DNA of 64,000 nucleotides from the NCBI GenBank assembly GCA_022837635.1, contig JALHFY010000001.1:96136-160135 (forward strand). Direction: 5' to 3'. The stretch comes from Candidatus Shapirobacteria bacterium. Its GTDB lineage: Bacteria; Patescibacteriota; Microgenomatia; UBA12405. Positions 18,424-28,264 of this stretch are shown one piece after another (within the stretch, counting starts at the first letter, position 1; the number at the start of each line of letters is the position of its first letter). The position numbers and the translations under genes were made by a program. The notes beneath the pieces were generated by a model, which was not told the DNA's origin, searched no databases, and was given only the letters and a program-made list of their open reading frames with translations.

Positions 18424-19654
18424 TTAATTTTTGTTCGCCGGTATCGAGGTTTTTGAGACTGACTTGGTTGTTATCAATTTCTTCTGGTCCCAAGACGATG
18501 ACATATTGAAAATTGTTTTTGGAGGCGTACTTAAATTGTTGACCTAATTTTAGATTGGGATCAAGATTGAGGGTAGCATTAACTTGATTTTTCCGTAAAA
18601 AGTTGACTAAATCTAGAGAATTTTGATAGGTATCTGGGGAAAAGGTGGTGACAAAAATTGAGCTGGGATTGGAGTTAATAGAGGGGAGTTTGTTTAATTC
18701 TTTGAAGAATTCAAAGATAGCCATGTCACCGATAGCGAAACCAACTCCGGGAAGATTTTTTTGACCACCAATCTGTTGGGTGAGGTTATTGTAACGACCG
18801 CCGCCAAAAAGAGCTCGTTTGAGAGTGGAAGTGGTGGCCCAGGCTTCAAAAACCAAGCCGGTATAGTAATCAAGGCCACGGACAATTTTAAGATCAATAG
18901 TAAAAAAGTCTTTAAGGTCGTTGGGAATAAGAGAGAGGGTGGTGTTGAGGCGAGGAGAAAAGTTGGCGGGAGGCTTGGCGAGAAGAGAGGGGAGTTGAGA
19001 AATTTGTTTTTGAGAAAAACCTAGATCTTGGAGCCATTCTGCAAAGACTTTTGTGTCCATTTTATCGATTTTATCGATAGCTTGGAGTAATGTTTTGTAT
19101 TGATTTTGGTCAAGAGATAATTTTTCAGAGAGGTATTTTTGAAGAGCTTGGCGATCACTGAGTCGGATTTGAACGTCAGAGGGAGATATACCCAGAGTTT
19201 GAAAAACAGTCGCGGCAATGGTAAGAATTTCAGCGTCAGCTTCAGGAGAATCGATACCAATCAGATCAATATTCCATTGGAAAAATTCTCGACCACGACC
19301 ACGCTGAGGTTGTTCATAACGCCAAAAACGGCCCCAAGATTGCCAGCGAAGAGGAAAAGAGAGTTCATTCTCTTGGGCGACGATGAGTCGAGCCAAAGAA
19401 GGAGTCAGTTCGGGGCGGAGGACTAGGCGATCACCACCGCGATCATTGACAATAAAGGTCTGTTTTTCCAATAATTCTTGACTGCTTTTATCGAGATAAA
19501 GATTGATATTTTCTAAAACGGGGGCCTCATATTCGCTGTAACCAAAAAGACGACCGGTGTTTAGAAAAATATTGGAAAGCCAAAGTTGAGTTGTCCAAAT
19601 CTCAGGATAAAAATCCCGCATGCCTTTGACAGTTTTATAGGTATTTTTAGCCAT
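18389..19654 (-). CDS. hisS: Histidyl-tRNA synthetase
   Basis: N-terminus MAKNTYKTVKGMRDF matches HisRS (E. coli MAKNIQAIRGMND). Class II motifs and an anticodon-binding C-terminus. Start set at the MAKN Met, not the longer ORF-track start. Confidence 0.85.
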   Translation of the reverse strand: MAKNTYKTVKGMRDFYPEIWTTQLWLSNIFLNTGRLFGYSEYEAPVLENINLYLDKSSQELLEKQTFIVNDRGGDRLVLRPELTPSLARLIVAQENELSFPLRWQSWGRFWRYEQPQRGRGREFFQWNIDLIGIDSPEADAEILTIAATVFQTLGISPSDVQIRLSDRQALQKYLSEKLSLDQNQYKTLLQAIDKIDKMDTKVFAEWLQDLGFSQKQISQLPSLLAKPPANFSPRLNTTLSLIPNDLKDFFTIDLKIVRGLDYYTGLVFEAWATTSTLKRALFGGGRYNNLTQQIGGQKNLPGVGFAIGDMAIFEFFKELNKLPSINSNPSSIFVTTFSPDTYQNSLDLVNFLRKNQVNATLNLDPNLKLGQQFKYASKNNFQYVIVLGPEEIDNNQVSLKNLDTGEQKLISPDQLLSLVS

Positions 19655-19691
19655 AAGTGATTTTACCATTTGCTTTGGGATAAAATACATT

Positions 19692-20405
19692 ATGAAATTA
19701 ATAGAATTCAAAAACAAAAATTGGATACTAAAAATAGATTTGGAAGGAGGTCGGATTTATGAGTTGTCTAAAGATGGAGAAAAGATTTTAGGGACTTATG
19801 AAAGAATTGATGGAAAAATAGGTAATACTCATGTTTGTACACCGAATTTTGCGAGGGAGGGAGTGGATAGTTTGGGGATGGTGGCTCATGGACCCTTTAG
19901 AAATCAGAGATGGAAATTAGAAACTAGAAACAAGAAACTAGAAAGGAGAATAAAAGCGGAAGTGGAGGGCTTGGAGGTGGAGCAGGTGTTTAGTTTAGAA
20001 GAGGGTTTCAGTCAAAAGATAATTATTAAAAATAATTTTTCGGCAGCTAAAAGAGTTAATGTGGCGGTACATAATTATTGGGATACGCCTTTGAGTTGGC
20101 ATGGATTAAAATTAAACGGAAAGGGTATTACCGAGGCAGTTAAAGAGAATCCAGAAATAAAAATAAAGAAAGAAAATATTTTGGAAATACCGGGTAAAAA
20201 GACTATTAAATGGCAACTTTTGGGTTTTAATTTTGTTAAAGTGTGGACAGCTTTTAAGGAAGAAGGGAAGATTAAAATATATGATCCCGGTTATGTATGT
20301 TTGGAACCGTTGAGGCAAAAAGAGGGTTTTGTAGAATCTAAAGCCAGTTTATTATCACCAGAAGGAGAAATTGTGGTGGAACAGAGGATAGAAAATATTT
20401 TATGA
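19692..20405 (+). CDS. Aldose 1-epimerase family protein (glucose-6-phosphate 1-epimerase/YeaD-like)
   Basis: HGPFRNQRW resembles the HGFAR motif of YeaD-type mutarotases. Confidence 0.5.
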   Translation: MKLIEFKNKNWILKIDLEGGRIYELSKDGEKILGTYERIDGKIGNTHVCTPNFAREGVDSLGMVAHGPFRNQRWKLETRNKKLERRIKAEVEGLEVEQVFSLEEGFSQKIIIKNNFSAAKRVNVAVHNYWDTPLSWHGLKLNGKGITEAVKENPEIKIKKENILEIPGKKTIKWQLLGFNFVKVWTAFKEEGKIKIYDPGYVCLEPLRQKEGFVESKASLLSPEGEIVVEQRIENIL

Positions 20406-20425
20406 TATCGTAAAGGTGACGAAAA

Positions 20426-21634
20426 ATGACTAAGAAACAAGTACGGTTATCAAAAAAATATTTAATTTATAAATTACTCACAAACCTTTGGTTTCTGACG
20501 GCAATTTGGTTGTATTTTTATCGGATATATATTACAGATAAGGAAATAGGGATTTTAGACGGAATAGCTTTTGCTATTGGTTTATTAGCAGAGGTACCAT
20601 CAGGTGCATTGGCAGATAAGTTTGGTAGAGACAAGATAGTTAAATTGGGACAATTTTTAGCAGGTAGTGGATTTATGATTCAAGCTTTTGGTTCTCGATT
20701 TTTTCATTTTTTGTTAGGTCAAACAATTATGGTGATAGGAACAGCGTTTGTCTCTGGAGCTGATGAAGCCTTATTTTTTCAGCAATTAAAATTTAAAAAA
20801 GAATCGGCGGAGTGGAAAAGATTGGTGATAAGAGGAACCCAAGTTGCTTTAGTAGGTGTAACCTCAGCTGTAATTTTAGGGGGGTGGTTGTATGGTATAA
20901 ATGAAAGACTGCCTTGGATTTTAACGAGTTTACCATTTTTTGCTTCTGTTATTCTTTTATGGAATATCAAAGACACAAGGTTATTAAAAAGTGGACAATC
21001 ATTGCTATTTGAAGTCAAAAAACAATGGAAGGAAATTAAACTGGGATTTAAGGAATTTTTAACACCAAAATTATTTTTTTATGTGCCAATTATAATGATT
21101 ATTCAAGGTTTATTTTATGCGGTTGAATGGGGTTTATTAAGAGTGGTTTTGTTGGATAGATTCCATTTTAGTCCACTTATGGGTTCGATAGTAGTATCAT
21201 CATGTAGTTTATTAACAGTAGGAATATTATTTGTGTTGCATAGGTATGCGGGTAAAGTAAGTGAAAAGAGGATAATAACGACAATATCGGTATTATCTGG
21301 AATGAGTTTATTGGTTTCAATATTTGATATAGGTGTATGGGGTTATTTTGTAATTTTGATTTTTTGTCTAGGGGAGAATATCTTGTATCCTTTTATGAGT
21401 GAGGTGTTAAATTACAGAACATCAGAAAATAATCGAGCGACAGTGTTATCTGTATCTTCTTTTTTAAGAACATTGCCATATGTGTTGTTGGCACCAATAA
21501 TAGGTTCACTTAATGCGATGGGTAAATTGGAGTATTTTTTAGTAGGTTGGGCGATTATGATAGTAGTGGCGGTATCGGTGTATTTGTTACACAAAAAGAA
21601 AGATATCCAGATTACATTAACAGAAAGTGATTGA
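20426..21634 (+). CDS. MFS transporter
   Basis: About 12 predicted TM helices. MFS loop motif GALADKFGRDKIV between TM2 and TM3. Confidence 0.8.
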   Translation: MTKKQVRLSKKYLIYKLLTNLWFLTAIWLYFYRIYITDKEIGILDGIAFAIGLLAEVPSGALADKFGRDKIVKLGQFLAGSGFMIQAFGSRFFHFLLGQTIMVIGTAFVSGADEALFFQQLKFKKESAEWKRLVIRGTQVALVGVTSAVILGGWLYGINERLPWILTSLPFFASVILLWNIKDTRLLKSGQSLLFEVKKQWKEIKLGFKEFLTPKLFFYVPIIMIIQGLFYAVEWGLLRVVLLDRFHFSPLMGSIVVSSCSLLTVGILFVLHRYAGKVSEKRIITTISVLSGMSLLVSIFDIGVWGYFVILIFCLGENILYPFMSEVLNYRTSENNRATVLSVSSFLRTLPYVLLAPIIGSLNAMGKLEYFLVGWAIMIVVAVSVYLLHKKKDIQITLTESD

Positions 21635-21644
21635 TAATAAGTTG

Positions 21645-21719
21645 GGTGAGATACCGGACTTGAACCGGCAACCTTCTGCTCCACAGGCAGACGCTCTAAC
21701 CAATTGAGCTAATCCCACC
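21645..21719 (-). tRNA. tRNA-His (GTG) with genomically encoded G-1
   Basis: Cloverleaf folded by hand. Anticodon loop CTGTGGA, T-loop TTCAAGT. An extra 5' G (21719) pairs with discriminator C73. CCA is not encoded. Confidence 0.8.
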
Positions 21720-21756
21720 ATAATATAGGCATAGGAATTATAACAATTTTTGCTGA

Positions 21757-22416
21757 TTATAGGGTGATGAGGCGGAGAGCGGGATAGGATTGTTTATCTA
21801 AGGGTCCAGAAATACAAATAATTTTTTGATCTTTTTTCAAATCGGAAACTTTAAGGACTTTATTGTCTTTGCTTCTGATTTCAGTCTTGGAATCTAATTT
21901 GATTTGCAGCTTTTCGTTTTGATTATTGACACTGACCAGAGTGAGGACAGAACCGGCAGTGGAGATGTCAGCAATGCTGCCAAAGGTAGTTTTTTTGTTG
22001 TTTTCGAGATCTTTGGGTTCAACCAATAAAATTCTTTTGGCATAATTAATAGTGTCTTGGTTGAGACTGAGAAGAAGAACATTTTGGTCTTTTTTTAAGT
22101 CCTCTCGTTTAATTGTGCGTTGTTTTTGATTGAGATAGGCAGTGTCGGAGGCGAGAGTAAATTCCATTTCCTGAGTTTGAGTTTTAATTTTAATTTTATC
22201 TTCACTCAATTCCACAATAGTACCAGGATAGGCTTTTCTAGGATTGAGGGGGGTAGTATCGGTGATTTCAGCCAATTTTTCGCGAACTTTTTGTTGGAGA
22301 TTTTCACGCAGATCGCCGATATTTTCACCTAAAGTTTGGGTGGGGCTTTGAGCTTGAAGGGGAGTAGTTAGAAAGAAATAAACAGTGGTTAAAAAAATCA
22401 AGAGAAATTTTTTCAT
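21757..22416 (-). CDS. Hypothetical secreted protein with internally duplicated domain
   Basis: Signal peptide (MKKFLLIFLTTVYFFLTTPLQAQS). Two similar halves (..REDLKKDQNVLL.. and ..VSDLKKDQKIIC..). Confidence 0.4.
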   Translation of the reverse strand: MKKFLLIFLTTVYFFLTTPLQAQSPTQTLGENIGDLRENLQQKVREKLAEITDTTPLNPRKAYPGTIVELSEDKIKIKTQTQEMEFTLASDTAYLNQKQRTIKREDLKKDQNVLLLSLNQDTINYAKRILLVEPKDLENNKKTTFGSIADISTAGSVLTLVSVNNQNEKLQIKLDSKTEIRSKDNKVLKVSDLKKDQKIICISGPLDKQSYPALRLITL

Positions 22417-22895
22417 TAGATTTTAGCGGTAGAAAAAGTTAAATAATAAGTGAGCTCGGTTTCCTGATTATCAGGACTGATAGCTTTGAGGTGTAAGGTG
22501 TTAAAACCGGAGTCCAAGGTGATAGCTTGAGAAAATTTACCGGTATCATCGGCAGAAAAATTATAATTTTGACTGGGGGTAGTCAAAACTAGAATACTAT
22601 TGGGGGTGGTAGTGCCAGTAAGGGTGATTTTAGCAGTAGAGACCAGGTCATAATTTTGGTGGGAGGTGATGGTGAGAGATAGAGGTAGAGTCGAGTTGGG
22701 TTGGTCAGGAGTGTTGGTGGGAGAGAGATTGTCAGTTTGAGGATTAAGAGTGGGAACAACTGTTGATAGACTTTGACGGCTTTTTTGATTCTGTTTGATA
22801 TAGTAGACAGTACCGCTGAGGCCTAGACCCAAAATGAGCGCAAAAAAGGCGGTCACAAGCAAGGTCTTAATCATAGATTGCTTTAATGTTATCAT
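22416..22895 (-). CDS. Hypothetical membrane-anchored T/N/S-rich protein
   Basis: N-terminal TM, low-complexity linker, beta-rich C-terminus. No recognisable domain. Confidence 0.35.
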   Translation of the reverse strand: MITLKQSMIKTLLVTAFFALILGLGLSGTVYYIKQNQKSRQSLSTVVPTLNPQTDNLSPTNTPDQPNSTLPLSLTITSHQNYDLVSTAKITLTGTTTPNSILVLTTPSQNYNFSADDTGKFSQAITLDSGFNTLHLKAISPDNQETELTYYLTFSTAKI

Positions 22896-22901
22896 AGGGT
22901 T

Positions 22902-23453
22902 ATGGAAATTAGATACTTTGGACGTAACAAAATATACCTACAAGGTAAGAAAGAAGGGGTGTGGATTAACCCTGAAAAAAGTGATTTAGAACAAAAACAG
23001 AGGCCAGCTAGAATTGTAATTTTTACCAGAAAAGAGGCTAATTTTATTACTTTAGGAGAAGAAGGAGAGAAGGTGATAATCACCGGGGCAGGGGAGTATG
23101 AAATCGGTGGAGTGGAAATAAATGGTATTAATGGGATGTATTCTTTAATGATAGATAAGGTTAAAGTATTGTTAACTGGTCGACAGGAAGGGGAGTTGAG
23201 TGAAAAGAAAAAAGAGAAACTGGAGGAGGCGGATGTTCTGTTGGTGTTTATGAATGAAAAAGCCATAGAATTGGCTAAAGGTACGGCAGCTAACTATATC
23301 ATTCCGGTTGATTTTGAGGAAAATGAGACAGAATTTCATAAGTTTATGGATGAATTTGATAAGGAAGATTTGGCGGCGATAGATTCTCTAAAAGTAGATT
23401 CAGATAATTTACCCGAAGGGAAGGAGGTAATCCTATTAAAGAGTCAAGCATAA
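22902..23453 (+). CDS. Hypothetical protein
   Basis: ORF only. Weak resemblance to MBL-fold UPF0173 N-termini, but no HxHxDH motif. Confidence 0.35.
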   Translation: MEIRYFGRNKIYLQGKKEGVWINPEKSDLEQKQRPARIVIFTRKEANFITLGEEGEKVIITGAGEYEIGGVEINGINGMYSLMIDKVKVLLTGRQEGELSEKKKEKLEEADVLLVFMNEKAIELAKGTAANYIIPVDFEENETEFHKFMDEFDKEDLAAIDSLKVDSDNLPEGKEVILLKSQA

Positions 23454-23524
23454 AATTACCACCTGCCTTTGAAGAGGCAGAAATCTCGGTTTTAGGATCA
23501 ATTCTAATTGACAATGATGCCATA

Positions 23525-24721
23525 TTGGGAGTGTCGGAGTTTTTAAGGCCGGAGCATTTTTATAACCGAAACTATGGCCTGATTTACGAATCGATGATGG
23601 AACTTTATGAGAGCAGAAGTCCGATTGATATGGTGACGGTGGCAGGGAAGCTGAAGGAAAAAAAACTATTAAAAACAATTGGAGGTAAGGCTTTTTTGTC
23701 AAAATTGGCGGCGGAGGTACCGACCTCGGCCAATGTGGAAAGTTATGGCAGAATTATCAAGGCGCTATCGGCTAAAAGAGAATTAATTACGGCGGCGGGA
23801 CGGATTGCCGAAAAGGCTTTTGATGAGGCGATACCGGCAGATGAGTTGTTGGATATGGCAGAACAGGAGGTTTACGCCCTATCACAACGGCACATGAAAT
23901 CAGTACCCTCGTCGATTAGAGAAGTATTGACAGCGTCTTTTGACCGCTTAGATGAATTACAAAAGAGGGGGAGTGGTTTACGAGGTTTACCGACCGGATT
24001 TAAGCAAATGGACTCAATGTTGGCAGGGATGCAGGATAGTAATTTATTGATTTTGGCGGCGCGGCCAGGGGTGGGAAAAACGGCATTTTTGCTTAATATT
24101 GCCCGGCATGTAGCGGTGGAAGAAAAGTTACCAACAGTGATATTTTCCCTGGAAATGAGCAAGGAAGAGTTGGTAGACAGGTTGTTGGTTAGACAAGGTT
24201 TAATTGATGCTTGGAAATTGAAAACAGGGCAATTATCAGATGATGATTTTACCTCTTTATCGGAAGCGATGGGAATTTTGGCAGAGGCACCACTTTATAT
24301 TGATGATACCCCCGGTTTAACGGTGACGGAGTTACGGACCAAGGCGCGCCGACTGCAGTCGGATAAAGGCATTAAATTTGTAGTGGTGGATTATTTGCAA
24401 CTGATGCATGGTTATACTCGGGATAATCGAGTCCAAGAAGTTTCGGAAATTTCTCAGGGTTTGAAAAATTTAGCCAGAGAATTGAAGGTGCCGGTGATTG
24501 CGGCAGCTCAGTTGAACAGGCAAATGGAGAGTCGGGGAGGGAAGCCGAGATTGTCGGATTTACGGGAATCGGGTAGTATTGAACAAGATGCGGATGTGGT
24601 TATGTTTTTGCATCGGGAGGATGAGGAGGTAAAAGAGATTGTGACTTGCGCTATTGAAAAACATCGTAATGGTCCGACAGGACAATTTAATCTCTACTTT
24701 AACGCAGGTCAGTTTTTTTGA
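23525..24721 (+). CDS. dnaB: Replicative DNA helicase DnaB (N-terminus probably extends upstream)
   Basis: Walker A GVGKTAF, Walker B VVVDYLQL, and a DnaB N-terminal domain. Conserved N-terminal residues (PPAFEEAEISVLGSILIDNDA) are encoded in-frame upstream of the TTG at 23525, behind a perfect AGGAGG Shine-Dalgarno (23422-23427). Confidence 0.85.
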   Translation: MGVSEFLRPEHFYNRNYGLIYESMMELYESRSPIDMVTVAGKLKEKKLLKTIGGKAFLSKLAAEVPTSANVESYGRIIKALSAKRELITAAGRIAEKAFDEAIPADELLDMAEQEVYALSQRHMKSVPSSIREVLTASFDRLDELQKRGSGLRGLPTGFKQMDSMLAGMQDSNLLILAARPGVGKTAFLLNIARHVAVEEKLPTVIFSLEMSKEELVDRLLVRQGLIDAWKLKTGQLSDDDFTSLSEAMGILAEAPLYIDDTPGLTVTELRTKARRLQSDKGIKFVVVDYLQLMHGYTRDNRVQEVSEISQGLKNLARELKVPVIAAAQLNRQMESRGGKPRLSDLRESGSIEQDADVVMFLHREDEEVKEIVTCAIEKHRNGPTGQFNLYFNAGQFF

Positions 24722-24740
24722 TGTAGAGAAAAAGAACTAA

Positions 24741-25469
24741 ATGTCTTTTAGTATAAGTAAAATCAGATCAGAACTAAGAACTTTGTCTAAAGGTAATGAG
24801 GAATATGCCAAATTTAACAAGAGAATTGTTAACACCCAAAAAAGTGTTTTGGGGGTGCGGGTGCCGGATTTAAGAAAATTGGCGAAAAAGATAGTAAAGA
24901 ATAGTAGTGTTAAGGATATGATGAATTACCTGTCTAAGCTAGACAGTCATGCTTTTGAACAGGTATTGTTATTTGGACTAATGATAGTAAATAGTACGGG
25001 TGTGATAGAGGATGAAGATTTGATTGACTTGGTTTCAAAATATTTAGATTTAGCTGATAGTTGGGCAGAAGTAGATATTTTTGCCTCAAAAAGAAAAAGA
25101 AAAAATAAAAATTCATGGTGGAATTTTGCTTTAGATTGTTTAGATTCAGAAGATGAATTTGTGGTTCGCTATGGACTAGTAGATATTATGGGAAATTATT
25201 TAACGGAGGAGTATATTGAAGATATTTTTACTAAACTTCGTCTCATAAAACATAAGGGTTATTATGTCAAAATGGCGATGGCATGGCTTTATGCGACAGC
25301 TGCTGTTAATTTTTATCAGCAGACATTAGAGGAAATTAAAAACTCGAATATAGATTTGTGGGTTAAAAAGAAGGCATTGCAAAAGATGCTGGAATCGCGT
25401 CAGCTTAGTTTGGAACAAAAAGAGGAAATAAAGAAGTTAAGGGATAAGTTGGTATTGAAGAGATATTAA
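24741..25469 (+). CDS. DNA alkylation repair protein (AlkD/AlkC-like HEAT-repeat glycosylase family)
   Basis: N-terminal pattern (EEYAKFNKRI...VLGVRVPDLRKLAKKIVKN) matches the DNA_alkylation family. Confidence 0.65.
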   Translation: MSFSISKIRSELRTLSKGNEEYAKFNKRIVNTQKSVLGVRVPDLRKLAKKIVKNSSVKDMMNYLSKLDSHAFEQVLLFGLMIVNSTGVIEDEDLIDLVSKYLDLADSWAEVDIFASKRKRKNKNSWWNFALDCLDSEDEFVVRYGLVDIMGNYLTEEYIEDIFTKLRLIKHKGYYVKMAMAWLYATAAVNFYQQTLEEIKNSNIDLWVKKKALQKMLESRQLSLEQKEEIKKLRDKLVLKRY

Positions 25470-25825
25470 CTCATTTGATTGAGTTTATTGACAGTAATAA
25501 GGATTGCTCCCTTGGGATTATTGTCAGGAGTGGTAAAAAGTTTGACTATCTGTTCAAAGTATGGGCCGTTATTAAAATATTCAGCTTTACCATAAATTCT
25601 GATGCCTTGCCAGTCCTGATTAAAAGAAGTAATGCAAATTTTTTCCTGATTTTTAATATTGGTAATGGTTTTAATCATTTCATTATGAGCAATCAAAAGT
25701 TGGTTTTCACTAATAACTTTGACATCAGCAGCAACCGCTAAATTTGGTTGACCATTATCATTAACTGTGGCGATAGTTAAAGGATTTTTTTCTAAAAGAT
25801 CTGTAAATTGATAAAGATTTAACAT
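25466..25825 (-). CDS. Pyridoxamine 5'-phosphate oxidase-like FMN-binding family protein
   Basis: Split-barrel-like pattern (PLTIATVNDNGQPNLAVAADVKVI...). Weak. Confidence 0.45.
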   Translation of the reverse strand: MLNLYQFTDLLEKNPLTIATVNDNGQPNLAVAADVKVISENQLLIAHNEMIKTITNIKNQEKICITSFNQDWQGIRIYGKAEYFNNGPYFEQIVKLFTTPDNNPKGAILITVNKLNQMS

Positions 25826-27177
25826 TAAGATTTCTGTTCGCTGTCTAAATAAGCTTGAATAACTTTTGGTTGATTAACAAATTTTAACATTTCTTTAGTT
25901 CTATCAAGTAAACTTTGATGGCGACTGATTTTTTCTTGTTGTTGTAAGGTGTGTAAATAATTTTGATATTCTGATGTTTGATGAATTTTAACTAATTCAT
26001 CTTGAAAACTAGTAATATCACGATCATGACGTAGGCGATAGATTAATGATCGTAGATAATTATTGGTTTCTTGACTGCTAGCGACATCATGACGATTAAG
26101 AAAAATATTAAAAACTGGATCTGGTGGACCACCAACAGGATCAGGAATCAGCCAATTACTGTCTGGATTATGAGTAGTAATTAGATTTAGCATGTCTCCA
26201 ATAGTGTCAATGACAGTAAAGGGTTCAAGCATTTTATAACGACCATTTTTTCGTAAAACATCAGTGATAGTATTTGGTTGAATATTAGCAAACATTAAGA
26301 CAGGAAAAATATTTTTTTGTAATAAATATTGAATGGTTTTAAGAGCATCATTTTTAGCTTCTAGATCTGTCATTAGGGCTAAACCACTGAAGACAAAAGC
26401 TCCAACTGACAATTTTTGTTTCTGTAATTCTTGACTGGCTGTTTCAAAATCTTTAAGTGATAAATTTTTGTTATAAAGACCATTACGTACAAAATCGTTT
26501 TGAGATTCAAAACCTAAAAGAACTTGTGCATGTAGTGCTCGAAGTAAATTTATTTCTTCTTTGCCTAGCGGGGAGGAAAAATAACCTGATTGTGTTTTTT
26601 TAACAATATCACGAGCATGGGCCTCGACTGTCAAAACTAAATTGACTTGATAAGCTTGGGCTGTTTCTAAAACTTTTTGTAAAATTTGCACACGATTTTC
26701 AGCAGGTAATTCATTTTCAGCAAAAAAAGAACCGGTGGGACTTAAAGTTAAACCAAGGGGATTATCTACATCTGGTCGCAGTATTTTTCCATATTGTTTA
26801 TCAATTACATTTTTTTGAAAATTGTTTAGAAATTTATCGGTTTGATTCATAATGGAATCAACAATTTCTTTTTTAGAAATGTCCGGACGCAAAACGGTAT
26901 AGCCACATACTGAACATTGACCACACTTGCTATTGATGCAACGTGAAGGCGCCCATGGTCCAGGAGATTCTGCTTCACTTAAGGGCTCTATAGGTTCATT
27001 TTTGTTGGGTAAATTTTCAGTCAAAGAATTTACGCGTAAAATTTTGGTGATTTCTTTGGTTTTTTTAGCGATTTGAACAATATCTAAAGCAGGTATTTCT
27101 TGTTGATGGTTTACATCATAGGACTTAGTGTCTAGTGTGTGAGAGGAGGTAGTCGAAGCCAATTGTTCTGTACTCAT
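25825..27177 (-). CDS. Hypothetical protein with CX4CX2CX2C motif (possible Fe-S / radical-SAM-like enzyme)
   Basis: Cys cluster CINSKCGQCSVCGY near the N-terminus, followed by a ~300-aa alpha/beta-like region. Confidence 0.3.
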   Translation of the reverse strand: MSTEQLASTTSSHTLDTKSYDVNHQQEIPALDIVQIAKKTKEITKILRVNSLTENLPNKNEPIEPLSEAESPGPWAPSRCINSKCGQCSVCGYTVLRPDISKKEIVDSIMNQTDKFLNNFQKNVIDKQYGKILRPDVDNPLGLTLSPTGSFFAENELPAENRVQILQKVLETAQAYQVNLVLTVEAHARDIVKKTQSGYFSSPLGKEEINLLRALHAQVLLGFESQNDFVRNGLYNKNLSLKDFETASQELQKQKLSVGAFVFSGLALMTDLEAKNDALKTIQYLLQKNIFPVLMFANIQPNTITDVLRKNGRYKMLEPFTVIDTIGDMLNLITTHNPDSNWLIPDPVGGPPDPVFNIFLNRHDVASSQETNNYLRSLIYRLRHDRDITSFQDELVKIHQTSEYQNYLHTLQQQEKISRHQSLLDRTKEMLKFVNQPKVIQAYLDSEQKS

Positions 27178-27211
27178 CTTATAAATGTATTATAGTAAAA
27201 AAAGATAAAAA

Positions 27212-27298
27212 TGGTGCCGAGGGTGGGAATCGAACCCACATGATGTTGCCACCACACGATTTTGAGTCGTGCGCGTCTACCAATTCCGCCACATCGGC
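27212..27298 (-). tRNA. tRNA-Leu (CAA), type II with long variable arm, CCA encoded
   Basis: GCCGATGTGGCGGAATTGGTAGACGCG..CTCAAAA (anticodon CAA)..long variable arm..GGTTCGATTCC..CACCA. Folded by hand. Confidence 0.8.
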
Positions 27299-27363
27299 AA
27301 TAAACTCTTTTGTATTATCTCACGAAAGAGAGTAATTATGGAGAAACTAGGATAAAATAGGTT

Positions 27364-27954
27364 ATGAATTGGTTTTATTTGCTGTTGGCAACTTTTGGGT
27401 ATTTGTACATAAGTTGGCGGAGGTTAAAGGAAAATTATCCCAATGAAGACGTAGTGGCCTTTAACTGGGTGGGTTTATGTTTGTTTTTAATCGGAGCCAG
27501 GTTGAGTTTTGGTTTGGTAAATTGGGGTAAGTGGCAGGGGAATGCAGGGGCTTGGCTTGAATTTTGGAAGATAAATGAAGCCTTGATTTGGGGAGGATTA
27601 ATTTTGTGGATTCTGTTTGCGTTTTTGATTGCTAAGGACAAGGAATGGAAATTATGGTCTTTTTTAGAAGATGCTCTACCAGGATTGGCTTTTTTAGTGA
27701 CAGTGATGGCTTGGTCGCAACAGAATTGGCGGGTGCCGGTGACGATAGTGATAGCGGCGTTATTAACCTTACCAGTTAGGCAGAAATATCGGTCTTTTTT
27801 ATGGTTCAAAAGTGGTCGAAAAGGATTTTTATTTTTTTGGTTTATGATTTGTTTGTGCCTATTTTTAGGGATATTTTATCGGAGTTGGTGGGGAGCAGTG
27901 AGTTTGCTTTTTGTGGGCGGATTGTTTATGCTGGGATATGATAAATTTTCCTAA
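27364..27954 (+). CDS. Hypothetical integral membrane protein
   Basis: Five to six hydrophobic helices, W-rich. No motif recognised. Confidence 0.4.
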   Translation: MNWFYLLLATFGYLYISWRRLKENYPNEDVVAFNWVGLCLFLIGARLSFGLVNWGKWQGNAGAWLEFWKINEALIWGGLILWILFAFLIAKDKEWKLWSFLEDALPGLAFLVTVMAWSQQNWRVPVTIVIAALLTLPVRQKYRSFLWFKSGRKGFLFFWFMICLCLFLGIFYRSWWGAVSLLFVGGLFMLGYDKFS

Positions 27955-28264
27955 AAACCTGACAGTCGGTATTCAAAAATTTTTGGAAAAGAGATTGATG
28001 GAGTTGAAACGAAATGAGAAAGAATTAAAGGAAACTAAGGAAAGAGAAGGTGATGTGGATGATCAGGTGGAACATTTTGAAAATCAAGTTAAGGCTAATT
28101 TTATCCAGAAACAGGTGGTGCAGATTCGCAAAGCTTTAACTAGACTGAAATTGGGGAAGTATGGGATTTGTGAAAAATGCGGGCAAATGATTGATACGGA
28201 TCGTTTGGCGATAAATCCGGAAGCGACGATTTGTATGAAATGTGCTCAGGAAGATGAGAAATGA
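27938..28264 (+). CDS. DksA/TraR-family C4 zinc-finger protein
   Basis: Coiled-coil followed by CEKCGQ...CMKCAQ (CxxC-x17-CxxC), typical of DksA/TraR. Start uncertain (27911, 27938 or 27998). Confidence 0.55.
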   Translation: MINFPKNLTVGIQKFLEKRLMELKRNEKELKETKEREGDVDDQVEHFENQVKANFIQKQVVQIRKALTRLKLGKYGICEKCGQMIDTDRLAINPEATICMKCAQEDEK

